This document shows, in pieces, positions 1 through 12,831 of a stretch of 64,000 nt of DNA. This DNA is from Azolla caroliniana (Eukaryota; Plantae; Polypodiophyta). Below the pieces are notes generated by a model. That model was given only the letters and a program-made list of their open reading frames with translations, searched no databases and was not told where the DNA came from. The number at the start of each line of letters is the position of its first letter. The first letter of the stretch is position 1. Both the position numbers and the translations under genes were made by a program. The DNA lies in the NCBI GenBank assembly GCA_043228905.1, contig JBHGNT010000014.1:18848001-18912000 (forward strand). Direction: 5' to 3'.

Positions 1-399
1 TATAATTTGATCACCAAACACACGAGAAAATTCATGACGCAATACGTATATGTCAACTTAAAGGATTAATATAAATTCTAATATGATACATGATACCCTA
101 ACATTGCATCAACTTCTTTGTATTTGTCTTTCTTCCAGCCAACTTCCAAAAGTTTTTTCATAGAAATTGAAATATGTTAGGCTTGTCTAGTAGAACCCAT
201 GTTAGAATAATATGCAAAAACTAGCCAAACCCATTCATCTCTGATGATCCCTGATCAACATTCTGTGTTCAAGTTTGCAATCTTGATTATTAACATTTAC
301 TACCTTTAACACCAACTTGATCATGGTATTGGAGGTGATGGATGTTGACATAACAAAGCATGTTGAGTTAATTAGTACATACACAAAACCAATGTTTGA

Positions 400-682
400 A
401 CATTCAGAATGTTAGTTTTCAAATATATGTTTATATAAAGCAAACGTGAATAAATCATGATATAGTTTAGTGGTTAGAATACCACGTTGGCTCGAATGCC
501 TAAAGAGACCACCTAGAAAGCTAACCTTGTATGTGTAACCCTTGTTCAAACATAGACATTCTACTGTGAAGTAGGAATATTTTTGCTTACGAAAGAGAGA
601 CGTATCAAGAAATGTTTTGTATTGAGGTCCCATAAGTAAATATGGGCCTCTTTATGGACGTTAAAAAATATCATTCTCTTTT
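400..682 (+). mobile_element. 3' end remnant of a LINE (RTE-X-like tail family)
   Basis: Ends in cccataagtaaatatgggcctctttatggacgttaaaaaatatcattctct, matching the tails at ~2061-2100, ~2848-2905, ~40285-40360 and ~62530-62600. Left boundary is approximate. Confidence 0.5.
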
Positions 683-849
683 CCAAATGTATGTTTATGT
701 CAAAGCAATAAGAAGATCCTTAAACACATGTTGTCCTTACTACAAAAGCTCTCATGGCAAGCTACACATCCAAATTTCTTATTTGTTCTCCTCCAAATCT
801 TCTACACATCCTTCTAAGTAAGGTGTGCATTCCATCATACATACAAGCT

Positions 850-2100
850 TATTTGTTTTCCTCTAAATATTCTACATATGCTCACATATAGAGGTGAACA
901 TATACAATTTGTTTGAAGCTTTAAATACCTTGTATTGATGTACCCGCCACAAATAAATGGAGTGCATGCTTTGATTCTAGGCTCCAAGCCGGTTGGAAAT
1001 CGTATTACCTTTTGGAGAACCAATGCAACCAAAGTGATACTTGTGGATGGAAAGTAAAACTAATGTTGTTCAATGCCATGTTAACTCAAGTATTGCTTTA
1101 TCGAGTAGAAGTATGGGGTGGCACCATCTCTCTTAGTGCATTGAATGAGATTGACAAAATTCAAAAGATGTTTTTAAGGAGGAAATTAGGAGTTAAATGC
1201 ACTACCTCTTACTAGATTATGCTATTGGAAACAAGTGTTCGACCCATAAAACTATTGGCACTCCAAAGAGTATATAAATACATTACAAAAGTCAAGAATA
1301 TGTTGAATCATGGATTGCCACATCTTGCTTGGAATGTTGGATGTAAGCTACAAAAGAATCATAAAACTAAGATTCTCTCATCTGGTTGGGTTGTTGACAT
1401 AATGAAATGCTTTAGAAGATGGGGTGTGGATGATCTTTTAGAGTTTTCGGGAAATGATATGTAGTATGTAATGATTGAGGAAAGGTTGGTGGAATCATTA
1501 AGGATGATGTGGGAAGATGCTAAGAGGACAAAGCTAGAATACTACATTGCAAATGTCAACCCTGAATGTTGGTCTCAATATAAAGCAAGAATGCCTATCG
1601 ATCATATCCAACCTTATCTCATCACCAATATAAGTAGTAATGCTCGTAGAGCCCTTACACTACTTTGCACTCGATCTCACAAGTTAGGTATTGAAGTTGC
1701 ATCATGGTATCAAAATGTAACGAATTTGAAGTCATGGTAGAGCATGAATGTCACTTGCTCTTCACATGCTTGACATATAGTGCAATTCGTTCAAGATATG
1801 TTGACATACTAAGAGGGAGGGATAACCTAAGTGCCATACTTAAGACACCATCGAGAAGGTTGAGCTAATATGTGTATGCTTTATTCACACATAGAGACTT
1901 TGTGCTTCAATGTATGAATACCCCTTCTTAGGAAGGAGACACATATCAAGAACACATGTATAGTCTGGTCCGATAGGTCAACATTGGCCTCTTTTTATGT
2001 ATACTGCCTCCGGGCTTTTTATTAATACCAATGGAGCATATGTTTTATGGAAAAAAAAAAACATTGGCCTCTTTATGGACGATAAAAATTCTAATTCTAA
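850..2100 (+). mobile_element. 5'-truncated degenerate LINE, C-terminal part of ORF2 (RTE-X-like)
   Basis: Consecutive same-frame ORFs 1012-1740 (LFNAMLTQVLLYRVEVWG, RSHKLGIEVASW) broken by stops; similar to the post-RT region of the LINE at 38.1-40.3 kb; shared 3' tail. Confidence 0.7.
1995..2059 (+). mobile_element. 65-bp poly(A)-tailed retroposed stub with 15-bp TSD
   Basis: aacattggcctcttt at 1980-1994 and 2060-2074 flanks a short insert ending in an A run. The insert resembles the L1-like 3' UTR near 7590-7620. Confidence 0.75.
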
Positions 2101-2539
2101 TACACGTCATTGTAAGTAAAGTGTGCTTTCCATTCTAACCTTCCATAAGTCAAATCCATTGCCTTCAAATTTCCTAAATTCCACCCCAACATTGGTAGAT
2201 GTATTTGCCATGGTAAAAGAATACAATACGAATACAAAAACAAAACTCCCACGTATTTAAGGTGGAAGACTAAGCAATGGAGCTCTTGAAAGGATGCAAT
2301 GCTTGCTAGAACTCAAGCAACTTCAGAAAGAAAGAAAGAATACACAACTTCAAAAAGAAAGAATACATTAAGAGGCCAAAATGTCCTATAAGACCAAACA
2401 AGAGGTTACTTCCTAAAATGTTATCTCATCTTTGAGAACAACAAACAAAAGTAAACATAGCCAAGTAAAAAAGTAAACAAAAATAGAATTGAGACATGAC
2501 TAAAGAATATTGCCATCTATACATATAAGATTCTCAAGT

Positions 2540-2905
2540 AAGATATATCATACTTTTTGTCTTTGAAAGATCTCTAGCATATGTTGATCCAGAATGTAGA
2601 GGTATTCGAAGTGAGGTATACATTTGCAATGGTAGAGATAATGGCCTTTATTTGTCAATGACAAGGGTGATTGGATTGTGGTTGATGAGGATGGAGCGTA
2701 TGTGCACAACAATTTGCTATTGCCCGATCTATTGTAACACCTATGCAATGTCCTAGTTGGGAGCCCATTTAGAAACTTTGTGCTTTGAAGGATGAACATC
2801 CCTTGTTTAGAAGGGGACACAAATCAAGAAAACTTGTGCACTTAGGTCTCATGGGTCAATATATGGTCTCTTTATGGATGCTAATCAATATCTCTCTCTT
2901 TCTCT
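2540..2905 (+). mobile_element. LINE 3' end remnant
   Basis: Tail ctcatgggtcaatatatggtctctttatggatgctaatcaatatctctctct matches the family tail. Left boundary is approximate. Confidence 0.5.
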
Positions 2906-2999
2906 TGATGTGTGCGCAAAAGAACAAAATTTGGTGAATATATTTAGTATTTCACCTTATGATCAACAATTGCTCTCAACACACGTGGGTCTATCCAAT

Positions 3000-3430
3000 G
3001 CCTATAAATGGAAAAGTATTTACTCACTTCTACAAAGTCAAAATTCTAAAGAAACTAGACTAACGATACGATGTTTGTAGTTGGATAGTAGTGGAGAATA
3101 ATTCTTTAATGAATTTACTTAGGACATTTCTCCAACTGTGGGAGTACTTCGATAAATTATGTGTTGGTATAAGCCACAACAAAATAGAAGTAGTGGAGTA
3201 AAAGAATTGGCGTATAATGGAAGTGGCCGATGCAATGATCAAAGAGAAGAACATGCCATATTTATATTGGATGGATGTGGTAGTTATGATGGTCTACTTG
3301 ATCAATCAATGTCTTAATATAATAGTGCCTGATGTGACCCAATAAGTGATATTATGAGAGGAGGTCAATTAACATGTTGTGTTGCAATTGTTTTGAATGC
3401 ACCACATATATTTCCCGGATGAGCTATGTA
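3000..3430 (+). mobile_element. Degenerate Ty1/copia integrase fragment
   Basis: Translates in pieces to TIRCL*LDSSGE*FFNEF and KNWRIMEVADAMIKEKNMPYLYWMDVVVMMVYLINQC, resembling copia integrase motifs (LRSDGGGEY, ERKNR, FWAEAV..AVYLINR). Confidence 0.65.
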
Positions 3431-3435
3431 CAATG

Positions 3436-4297
3436 TGACGGGAACTGCACGTTACATATACGCAACGCTTGGCCACAACCGAGCTTAGAATCATACACAG
3501 AAAACGGGAGATAAATGCACAACACGAAGAAGAGAGGAGTACACAGGATGTTTACGTGGAAAACCCAAACTAAGGGAAAAACCACGACAGCCCACAGGCT
3601 GCAAACTATCACTATGTTAGAATGTACAATAGTGAGTTCACGGAGGCAACGACCTCGTGCTCACGATCTTCGCCACAAGCGGCGGTTACAACAGAGGCAA
3701 CGACCTCTTCCTCTCTCTCTCACTCTCTGTACACTGTTACACACACTCTCTTCTTACACCAACAAGAAATGACAACAACAACTAAAAGTTTGCCCTAAGT
3801 CATATTTATACTAATATGACTTTTCGGCTATTTACAAATATAGCCATGATGGACTCTCAGAAACATATTTACGAATATGTCTCTTCATTCGGTGAGCACT
3901 TCTCACCGGGTCTGCACCATTCGGCTCTCCGTAGCCGGGTACTCCTCATCCGGTTCTCACCGGGTCTGCACCATCCGGCTCTCCGTAGCCAGGTACTCCT
4001 CATCCGGTTCTCACCGGGTCTGCACCATCCGGCTCTCCGTAGCCGGGTACTCCTCATCCGGTTCTCACCGGGTCTGTACCATCCGGCTCTTCGTAGCCGG
4101 GTACTCCTCATCCGGTCTTCATTGAGTCTACACCATCCGGCTCTCCGTAGCCGGGTACTCCTCATCCGGTCTTCATCGGGTCTGCACCATCTGGCTCTCC
4201 GTAGCCGGGTACTCGTCATCCGGTTTCGGCCTCGGCCGAGTTTGTTCATCGGCACTGTTCTTCTCCCTTCCCATCTGGAGGGACCTGTCTCCCAACA
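3436..4297 (-). mobile_element. Copia-type solo LTR with 5-bp TSD
   Basis: TG...CA termini; TSD caatg at 3431-3435 and 4298-4302. The minus-strand start (tgttgggagacaggtccctccagatgggaag) and the cgtggtttttccc..agtttgggtttt block match the copia LTR at 42072-42621. Confidence 0.88.
3901..4225. repeat. 54-bp tandem repeat (~6 copies) inside the solo LTR
   Basis: Unit tctcaccgggtctgcaccatccggctctccgtagccgggtactcctcatccggt recurs at 3901, 3955, 4009 and onward. Confidence 0.95.
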
Positions 4298-4650
4298 CAA
4301 TGCAATTCATTGAGTTATCTCGAGGAACTTGTGGATTGATGCGAAAATGAGGTATCATCCTTGTGGGAAGAATAGCCTTTTGCATATAGAGCCACAATGT
4401 AGCATACAATCATGGCCCACTTTTGCATACATGGTTGTATATATATAAAGGAGGCTCCAACCCTAGTTGTCATGAAGAAGTTCAACACTAGTTATTGGGT
4501 GTATTAGTTTCTATTTAATCTCATATTAATCTTCCTCTTCATTGTTCTTGCTTATCATTTCCTTTCTTTTCGACATTCTATTATCTGATGCTCACCTCAC
4601 TCGTTGAATGACATTTGACATTCGTTGTCGCGAAAACACTTGTGCATGTG

Positions 4651-7649
4651 AAGGAATGGACAGAAGGAATCATATATATAATTCCTAAGTCGGGTGCTTA
4701 GTGTGATGAAGTCTCCAAGTGGCGGTCAATAACATTGCTTAATGTTGTGTATAAGATTGTGGCAAAAACTATTGCTGTTAGACTATGAGTTGTATTGTTG
4801 TATATTATTCATAACACATAATTTGGTTTTCTACAAGATAGAAGTATTTTTGATAATATCTTTTTTTCTGGGAAATGGTTGCATTAGCTCAGCAACATAA
4901 ACAACAACTTGCAATATTATTGCTTGACTTTGAAAAGGCATATGATAAAGTGGATTGGGACTTTCTTGAGTCAGTGATGTCAATATTAGGTCTTCCTGCC
5001 GCATGGATAAAAGGTGTTTCAGCCCTTTACAGGCATGCTTCTAGTTCAATTTTGTTCGCTGGAGAATACGAGACACTATTTCCTATCTCCAAGTCTGTTA
5101 GGAAAGGATGCCCTCATGCCCCATTTCTTTTTATCTTGTTTGGGGAAGCTTTGTCCTCCTACCTAAGATTGTCAACTGTTGGTACCAAAGACATAATATT
5201 ACCTATTACACAATCCATTGTAGTGGATGTTGAGTTTGCAGATGATACAACCCTCTATGTTTATAGGGAGATTGGTAATCTCGGCTGAGTACAAAATGCT
5301 TTGCAGGTTTTCTCAGATGCTACAGGTGCATCACTTAATTGGAATAAGTCAGTCAGCCTTTGGGTGGGTGTAGAAACTCACCATGCGTGGTATCTAGGTC
5401 CTGCTTTCTGATGGCTTCATCGTGGTGAGCCAATTCGATATTTGGGATGTATGGTTGGAATAGATTTAAGGCTAGAAGCAATGCTATCTCCGTTACTATT
5501 ATCAATAAAACGTAAATTATTGTATTGGGATGCCCAACAATTGTCTTTTGCAAGTCCAGTTTTAGTAGCAAACACAATATTATTGGCATCAATGTGGTTT
5601 ATAGCATCTGTGTGGCTATTTTCTAGATCAACAATAACAAAAGTGCAAAGCTTGATTCATAATTTCCTTTGGGGGGGAACATGGCTCTCCTACAATAGCC
5701 AAAGTTGCTTGGAATGTGTTGATTCAGCCTAAAATCAATGGAGGGTTGGGTTTGATAGGTTCTTTGATGCAGTCAAGAGCTCTCTTGACTAAGTTTGTGA
5801 TCAGAGGATTGTTGCCAGGATTAGAAGCTTGGAAATGAATGTTTTTAAATCAGTTAATGCAGTTAACTCCTAAGACTGGAGGAGCATGTTCACCCTTTGA
5901 TGCAGTCAAGAGTCTCTTGATTAAGTTTGTGATCAAAGGATTGATTTTAGGATCAGATGCTTGGAAATGAATGTTTTAAATCAGTTAATGTAGTTAACTC
6001 CTAAGGCAAGAGGACCATGGCCACCTTCTCTAAAGTGGTTGTTCTTGAATGATATGAAAACGCCAAGGCGGAATCTTGCATCCAATAGTTTTTTTGTTAG
6101 GAATCATAAGAGCATGGGATGCGATTAAATCTTTTTTGCTTAAGGACAAACCTTCTACATGAGATGCATTACTTAATCAACCTATGCTTGCCAATTCTCT
6201 ATTTCGAGATAATGCAAGAAAAGTATTGGACCTGCGAACCATTTGTAAGAACTTGGACTCAATTTCAGCAAATGTCACAAGAAGATCGTCTTGCACATCT
6301 ACAATCAGTTCATGGTGCCAAGATAATGATTACAACCTTATCAACAACATATTCTTTGTTTTTTACAACCCTCCAACCCATGCAAGAACATCTATGGTTT
6401 GGATGCTTCACAAATGATACATTGATGGCTGTTAAGGGCGTTTCACCTAATGGGTGTGTTTCTTATTTTGAGGTCCTAGACAACAATAGATTGCAATCTT
6501 ATACCTTTGATTGCAGTTATCTACAAGACTTGTGAAGTGCACCAGTCAGAGTGGTTGCTAAAACTGGAAAGAAATGGATCCTTGATCCTTATCCTTCAAT
6601 TGCTCATATGTGTGATATCCTATGGTTATACGCAAAAGATCAACATGGGATCCGGGGGGTTGGGTTTGGTCACACTCCTTGGGGGAAAAGATCGTAAAGG
6701 TCCCCTTCTTTCAATACTCAATAAAACTTGGAAGGTCATTACTACTCTCTCGGAATGTAGATACCAGTAGCTCAGAAACATTGGACCAACTGGGGTGTCT
6801 CAACTTTGCATTTGAGAACCTACTGGAAATGGATTTGGTCATTCAAGGGGCCAACTAAATTTATTCTCTTTCGATGGCTATTAGTGCATATGGCACTACT
6901 AGTTGGACATTCATTGAAAGGGAATGTAGCACCCAATTTGTGGCAATGTGGCTTTTGCCATGAACCTCAGGAGACTACCAAGCATGTCCTATGGTCTTGT
7001 CCCTTTGCTCAACAAGTATGGAAGAAATTCCTCTCTTTATTCCTAACAATCAGTATATGTTGCCTATTCTCATGGGGATCAATGATGTGGGGAGTATTAC
7101 ATTCCAACTTGATGTTGTATGAGCAAACGATGTTCATGGGGCAATGCCAGTACATAATAGAAGATTGATATTAGTTAGTCCCTTTCAGCAACCTCGAAAG
7201 CAGGTGTGATCTATCAAGTTTTGGAAAATAGTGATCACAATAACGTTATGGGCATTATGGAAATATCGATGTAACCAACTTTATGATGCAGTAGACATTC
7301 ATCTCTCAGATGTGTTGCTTGAGATATGGGAGAACTTGTTGGCAGTAGTCCGTGGCTAGTATGATAATATGCAGGGCTCCCTAGATAATGTGAACAAGAG
7401 AAGGAAAAAGCTTCTTCACTTATGGAAAAAGTTGCCCCTGTTTACAATGTCAACCCAAGAGCCTCAATGGCAATATCGACTTCCATGAGCTCTTTCTTGA
7501 ATAGTATAAGAAACTTCGATATTTGGTCCTAGGATTATTTTACATCATTGTATAAGAAAAGTTGTAACCTCTTGGGCAGCTAGGTTCAAGTTGTAGCCTT
7601 CGGGCGTTTTTTCTTAATACTATTTAAGAAAATCCTTTAATAAATAAAT
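4651..7649 (+). mobile_element. 5'-truncated L1-clade LINE (RT plus zf-RVT-like domain), degenerate
   Basis: Motifs LLDFEKAYDKVDW, RKGCP, EFADD and CGFC..ETTKHVLWSC; (taaa)n tail; 18-bp TSD aaaac(a/g)cttgtgcatgtg at 4633-4650 and 7650-7667; internal ~130-bp duplication near 5760-6020. Confidence 0.92.
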
Positions 7650-8801
7650 AAAACGCTTGTGCATGTGCTACTCGAGCGGGTCCACGGGGGTCTTGGATTA
7701 GGGAGGTCACAAGGGCTCACAAGGTGTAGAGGATAGGTCCTAGACTAGAAGGATCCTCAGAATCGAACGAAGTGCAGAGTCGAGAGGAGCCCAGACTCGA
7801 AGGGTCTTCTTACACGAAGAGAGTGACGACTCGAATGATGATTAACAAGCGATTATGTTCAAAACATGCAATTAACGGAATGCGCACGAGATTAAGACAA
7901 AAATGCGGGCAAAAATATACAAGGAATCTCTTTACAAATTAGAGTTTACAACGATTAGAGCTAGAGTACCACTATTTCGGTGATTTTTACAAAACAATTA
8001 TACGATTAGAGCACAAATGAGAACGATGTCGTGACGTGGCTCGCCAAGAAGTGTAGCGTTGGGCAAACAAAGGATAACGTGAAAGTGAGGAAGGGGATTA
8101 TGGACGGAAGAGACGAAAGAGTAGAGATGGAGTGAATAGAGATCAATAAGATATGACAAAATATGATTTTTAAGGAATATACGATAGGACAAGATAAGAT
8201 ATAAAATAATATATGAGAAAGTGTATGAAATTTATAATCATTTTCATGAAAGAGTTACAAAGTGATTGTGCACGTCATTGAACCTCCGAACTTTGTCTTG
8301 CAAGGTAATCGCTCTTTTCTTTCTTGATCGTAGACCACTACAAATCTTCACTTCAATATTTTGATGAAGATAAGGCTCAAACCGCCTCCCTCTTGTTGAG
8401 AGTTGACCACCACGACCGCCAAGCTAGAGCTCCACCTTTATCTTAAACTTCTTCCCTTCTTTATCTATTTTTATGGTATCTCTTATGTAATACATAATTT
8501 GATTGATATCTCATACATATCTCCCCCTTTGATCTTCTCTTTCACCATTTAAATAGGTGCCCCCATGCATATGATGCATTGGAGGGTACAAGACATGCAT
8601 GTAGTGCATGAACTTAAAGTGGGCGACCGAAATTAAGCCGATAAAAAGAGGTGCTTAATTTCAGTATTAATTGTGCTTTTATTCCCTTTCTTTCTTCGAA
8701 AAAGAGAATGGAATATGTAGTCCCTAATCCGCATCTCACTCTCGGATATTCAAACTCTCCACCACTTTAAGCCTAATAATGAACGTGTAAGCTATACATA
8801 C

Positions 8802-8901
8802 ATATTCACTTCTATACATTTTGCATTGACATTGTGTACAGTTATGTATTCACTTCTATACATTTTGCATTGACATTGTGTACAGTTTTGTATTCACTTC
8901 T
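8802..8901. repeat. 44-bp tandem duplication upstream of PLD
   Basis: tattcacttctatacattttgcattgacattgtgtacagtt occurs twice, plus a partial third copy. Confidence 0.8.
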
Positions 8902-9099
8902 TTCTTCTTCGGAAAACAGATATTTTTTTCTGTTTGTATATATTTTGCATAGACTTTGGGGTTTTGGGGGCTGGAAAATGCGAGAGAGTGGACCCAAAAC
9001 CCAATTTTATATGAGGGGAATACAACTCAGCCGAGATCATGGTCTTATGGAACAGGAGAAAATGGAAATTGAAAGAAGTGCTAAGGACTCTGTTTTCAG

Positions 9100-9138
9100 A
9101 AGAAGAAAGAAGAAGAAGAAGAAGAAGAAGAAGAAGAA
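9100..9138. repeat. (GAA)n microsatellite in the presumed PLD 5' UTR
   Basis: Direct reading. Confidence 0.9.
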
Positions 9139-9222
9139 TGAACTTGAAATAAGAAGTAATTGTGGAGATCTCTGGTTCTTTCCTCATCCTTTTCCTCCAC
9201 CTTGTGAGAAAGGAGAAGGGCC

Positions 9223-12200
9223 ATGGATGTTCCTCTTCTCCATGGTATGCTCCATTGCACCATTTTTGGAGCAGAGAATCTGGTTCATGAACAACCCTTT
9301 CATCATCTTCTTGGTGCTGTAAGTTTTTTTTTTCTACTTTATCCTTGACTTGGCTTGTTTTCTACATGGATCTTTATCTTTTCCATATATTTTGGTTCTT
9401 TAGTGATGAAAAGATCCATATTTCCAAGCTTTTTGGAGTCAATCAATGGATAAACTCTGTTTCAATGTGGTATTAAAGTTACATTTAGCTGAGGAGTATT
9501 TGGATTAAATCGTTAATGGTATTGCAAATGAGTCTTGTTTATTTGACAATGTATATATTCTAGATTTGATCTATATACAATGTGGATCTTGATGTTATAT
9601 AAAGGTCTATGCTAAGCTTTTTTGGACTCTCTTTAATGGATTTTGTATATTTCTAATGTAGTAAAATGATATTGGTTTGAGATTATCGTTTGTCACTCCT
9701 TAATGGCATTGGGGTGAATTGGATAATGGTAATAATAATCAACATTTGATTGAGTGTATGGGGTGATTAAAAAAGCTCCATTCTCTAAGATTGTGGAGAG
9801 AACTTTGTCGTAGCAACCATTGATGGTTTGATTTAGAAAGATTAAGCTTACCCACCCTGCTTCCTTAATGTGAGATAAAACAGTTTTGTTTCCCTCCTCT
9901 GCACTTTATCAATGAGTTGCATTTTACATTCTCAGGTTACTGGGATTGTGGAGAAAGTTGTGCATCTCATCAGAGGACCCAACATGCTCTATGCCACAGT
10001 GGACTTGGGGGCGGCCCGTGTCGGACGCACTCACATGGTCTCACTGGAACCAGTGAACCCAGTGTGGAGGGAGAGTTTCCAGATCTATTGTGCACATTAT
10101 GCATCTGAGATTGTTATATCCATCAAGGATGACGATATGATCGGTTCGCATGTCATTGGTCGTGCTAGAATCCCGGTGAAGAATTTGCTCTCCGGAGATC
10201 AGGTGGAGGATGCATATGATCTGTATTCCAATAATAGTAAAGCTAACCCTGAGGTTGTAGGCAAAGTGAGAGTAAGCTTGCAATTCCTGGGTGTACAAAA
10301 AGATGAAGAAAATGGGTGGACATTGCGGCATGCCTTCTTCCCACCACGACAAGCTTGCCATGTGAAGCTATATCAAGATGCCGATATGCAACACGGCTTT
10401 CTGCCCAACATATATCTGTCCGATGGGCAGCTTTATAAGGGATCGCGGTGCTGGGAGGATATCTCCGATGCGATCTCGAATGCAAATATTTTCATTTATA
10501 TTGCCGGATGGTCTATCTATACCGAGACCTCTCTCCGACGGGATGGGACCACAGTGTCGGAGACTCTCGGAGAGCTATTAAAGAGGAAGGCCGAAGAAGG
10601 AGTGGCAGTTGCAATACTGGTTTGGGATGATAGGTCCTCCATTGAGTTTATTCGACCCCAGGGAGTGATGGACACACATGACGAAGACACCATTGCGTTC
10701 TTCCGAAATTCTAAGGTGAAATGTTTGTTGTGTCCACGGATACCTGATGATTCTCTGAGTGCTGTTCAAGTTCTGCAAATCGCGACCATGTTCTCCCATC
10801 ATCAGAAGCTTGTATCTCTTGATGTTGCATGTGCTCCACCATCAGTGGCTCGGAAAGTGGTTAGCTTCATGGGTGGGATCGATCTATGCAATGGCCGATT
10901 TGATGATCAAAGACACTCTCTTTTCCGGACGCTTAATGCCGAGCATTCGTGTGATTTCTACCAAAGTTGCTTCATTAACTCCTCGATCGCGAGTGGTGGC
11001 CCCAGACAACCTTGGCATGACATCCATTGCCAGCTACAGGGCCCCATAGCTTGGGATGTGGTTTCCAACTTTGAACAAAGATGGAAGAAGCAAGGGTGGG
11101 TGAATGTGCTAGCTGATCTCGGAAATAATCCATGCCTACTCCCTGCCCATGCCATGGCCGATGAGCTAAACCATGATCACACAAGCCCAGAAGCATGGAA
11201 TGCCCAACTTTTCCGATCAATCGATGGTGGTGCAGCTTTCGGCTTTCCGGATAATCATGAAGAAGCGGCTGATATGGGCCTTGTTAGTGGCAAAAACAAC
11301 ATCACTGAGCGGAGCATCCAAGATGCCTACATTCGAGCCATACGATCGGCCGATCGCTTCATATACATTGAGAATCAATATTTCCTCGGAAGTTGCTATG
11401 CTTGGGAGAGTGGCCAAAATGTGGGATGCCTCAATCTCATCCCGATGGAGATCACCCTGAAGATTGTGAGCAAAATCGAGGCCGGAGAGCGGTTTGTTGC
11501 TTATATTGTCATCCCAATGTGGCCCGAGGGAATACCAGAATCGGTCACGGTGCAAGCAATCCTTGAGTGGCAAAGGAGAACCATGGAAATGATGTATAAG
11601 AAAATCGTGTTCGCATTGAGACGCTCGGGCCGGGATGAATTGCCGACCGACTATCTTTGCTTCTTTTGTCTCGGGAACCGAGAAACAAGGCATCCTGAAG
11701 AGACACCACGCACAAAGAAACAAGAGTTGTCACTTCACTATCGGCTTGCACAAGAGACTCGTCGCTTCATGATCTATGTGCATTCCAAGATGATGATAGG
11801 TGAGGGACTTATTTCTCTTTGTTTTGTTTGTTATATTTGTGTTGTGAGTATATGCCATAAACATAACCACATTTTTAGAAGGGTTAATGTAAGTTTAGAG
11901 CATGCCTAAGCTATTGGGCTGCATTTGGCCGGGCAAAACTAGGTCTAGAGCTAGATGGTTATGGTCTAAACGTAGTCCTAGAGCTATATGCTGACCACGA
12001 ACCTAGGGTTTTGTCGGTATACAAAACTAGTTGTATGTCATGGTGATAGAACGACATTGGGATCTATCATCTCATTATCTATTGGGTTTTTATTTAAGAG
12101 ATTTAGTCTTTCCATGATCTATATTCATTCACATATGCTGTGATAACTGAGGTAAGGTTATATAGTTTGATTCTTCCAAAAGCTCCATGGGTGCTTTTCA

Positions 12201-12831
12201 AATTTCATTGTACTCCATAAATGAAGTGCGTTTTTTTGAAAATCTGTCAATGAACTTAAAAGCTTTGGGCGGTGAAGAGTGGGACAATGGGTTTTCTACA
12301 TGTTTTTTGGATTAGATTGATCATGTTTATATTAGGTTAAGTATGCGCGATTTTGAGTGCTAATCCTGAATAATCTCTCGGCTGTTTTGTGCTTTAGTGG
12401 ATGATGAATACATCATAGTTGGGTCGGCCAACATAAACCAACGGTCAATGGACGGAGGCCGAGACACCGAGTTGGCCATGGGAGCTTACCAACATTCGCA
12501 TACATGGAAAACAAGAGGTACATCTCCCCGAGGACAAATCCATGGATTTAGACTAAGCTTGTGGTATGAACATCTCGGGCTGCTCGACAATTGCTTCTTG
12601 GAGCCATGGAGTTTGAAGTGTGTTAGATATGTCTGCAAAGTGTCGAATGATTTGTGGGATCTTTTTGCCGGGTCTGAGGTCGTGGATCTACCCGGTCATT
12701 TGTTGACATATCCTGTCGCAATTACCGAAAATGGAGAGGTCATTACACTTCCGGGGCATCCCTACTTTCCTGACACAAAGGGTCTGATTCTCGGGAAAGA
12801 AGGGCCAATTCTCTCCATACTAACTACCTAG
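9223..12831 (+). CDS. PLDalpha: Phospholipase D alpha (C2-PLD); exons 9223-9318, 9936-11799, 12398-12831; ~797 aa
   Basis: Exon 1 MDVPLLHGMLHCTIF matches the PLDalpha N-terminus; C2 region LYATVDLGAARVGRT; two HKD motifs (HQKLVSLD, and HSKMMIVD across intron 2); IYIENQYFLG; IVGSANINQRSMDGGRDTE. GT-AG introns join in frame to 2394 nt. Confidence 0.96.

Noticed and set aside
3816-4313. Repeat-protein ORFs on both strands
   Set aside because: A by-product of a stop-free 54-bp tandem repeat inside an LTR.
8834-9322. 162-aa poly-Lys ORF
   Set aside because: It comes from the (GAA)n tract; the real PLD exon 1 is in another frame starting at 9223.
10041-11751. Antisense and alternative-frame ORFs over PLD exon 2
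   Set aside because: Shadow ORFs of a long coding exon with no recognisable motifs.
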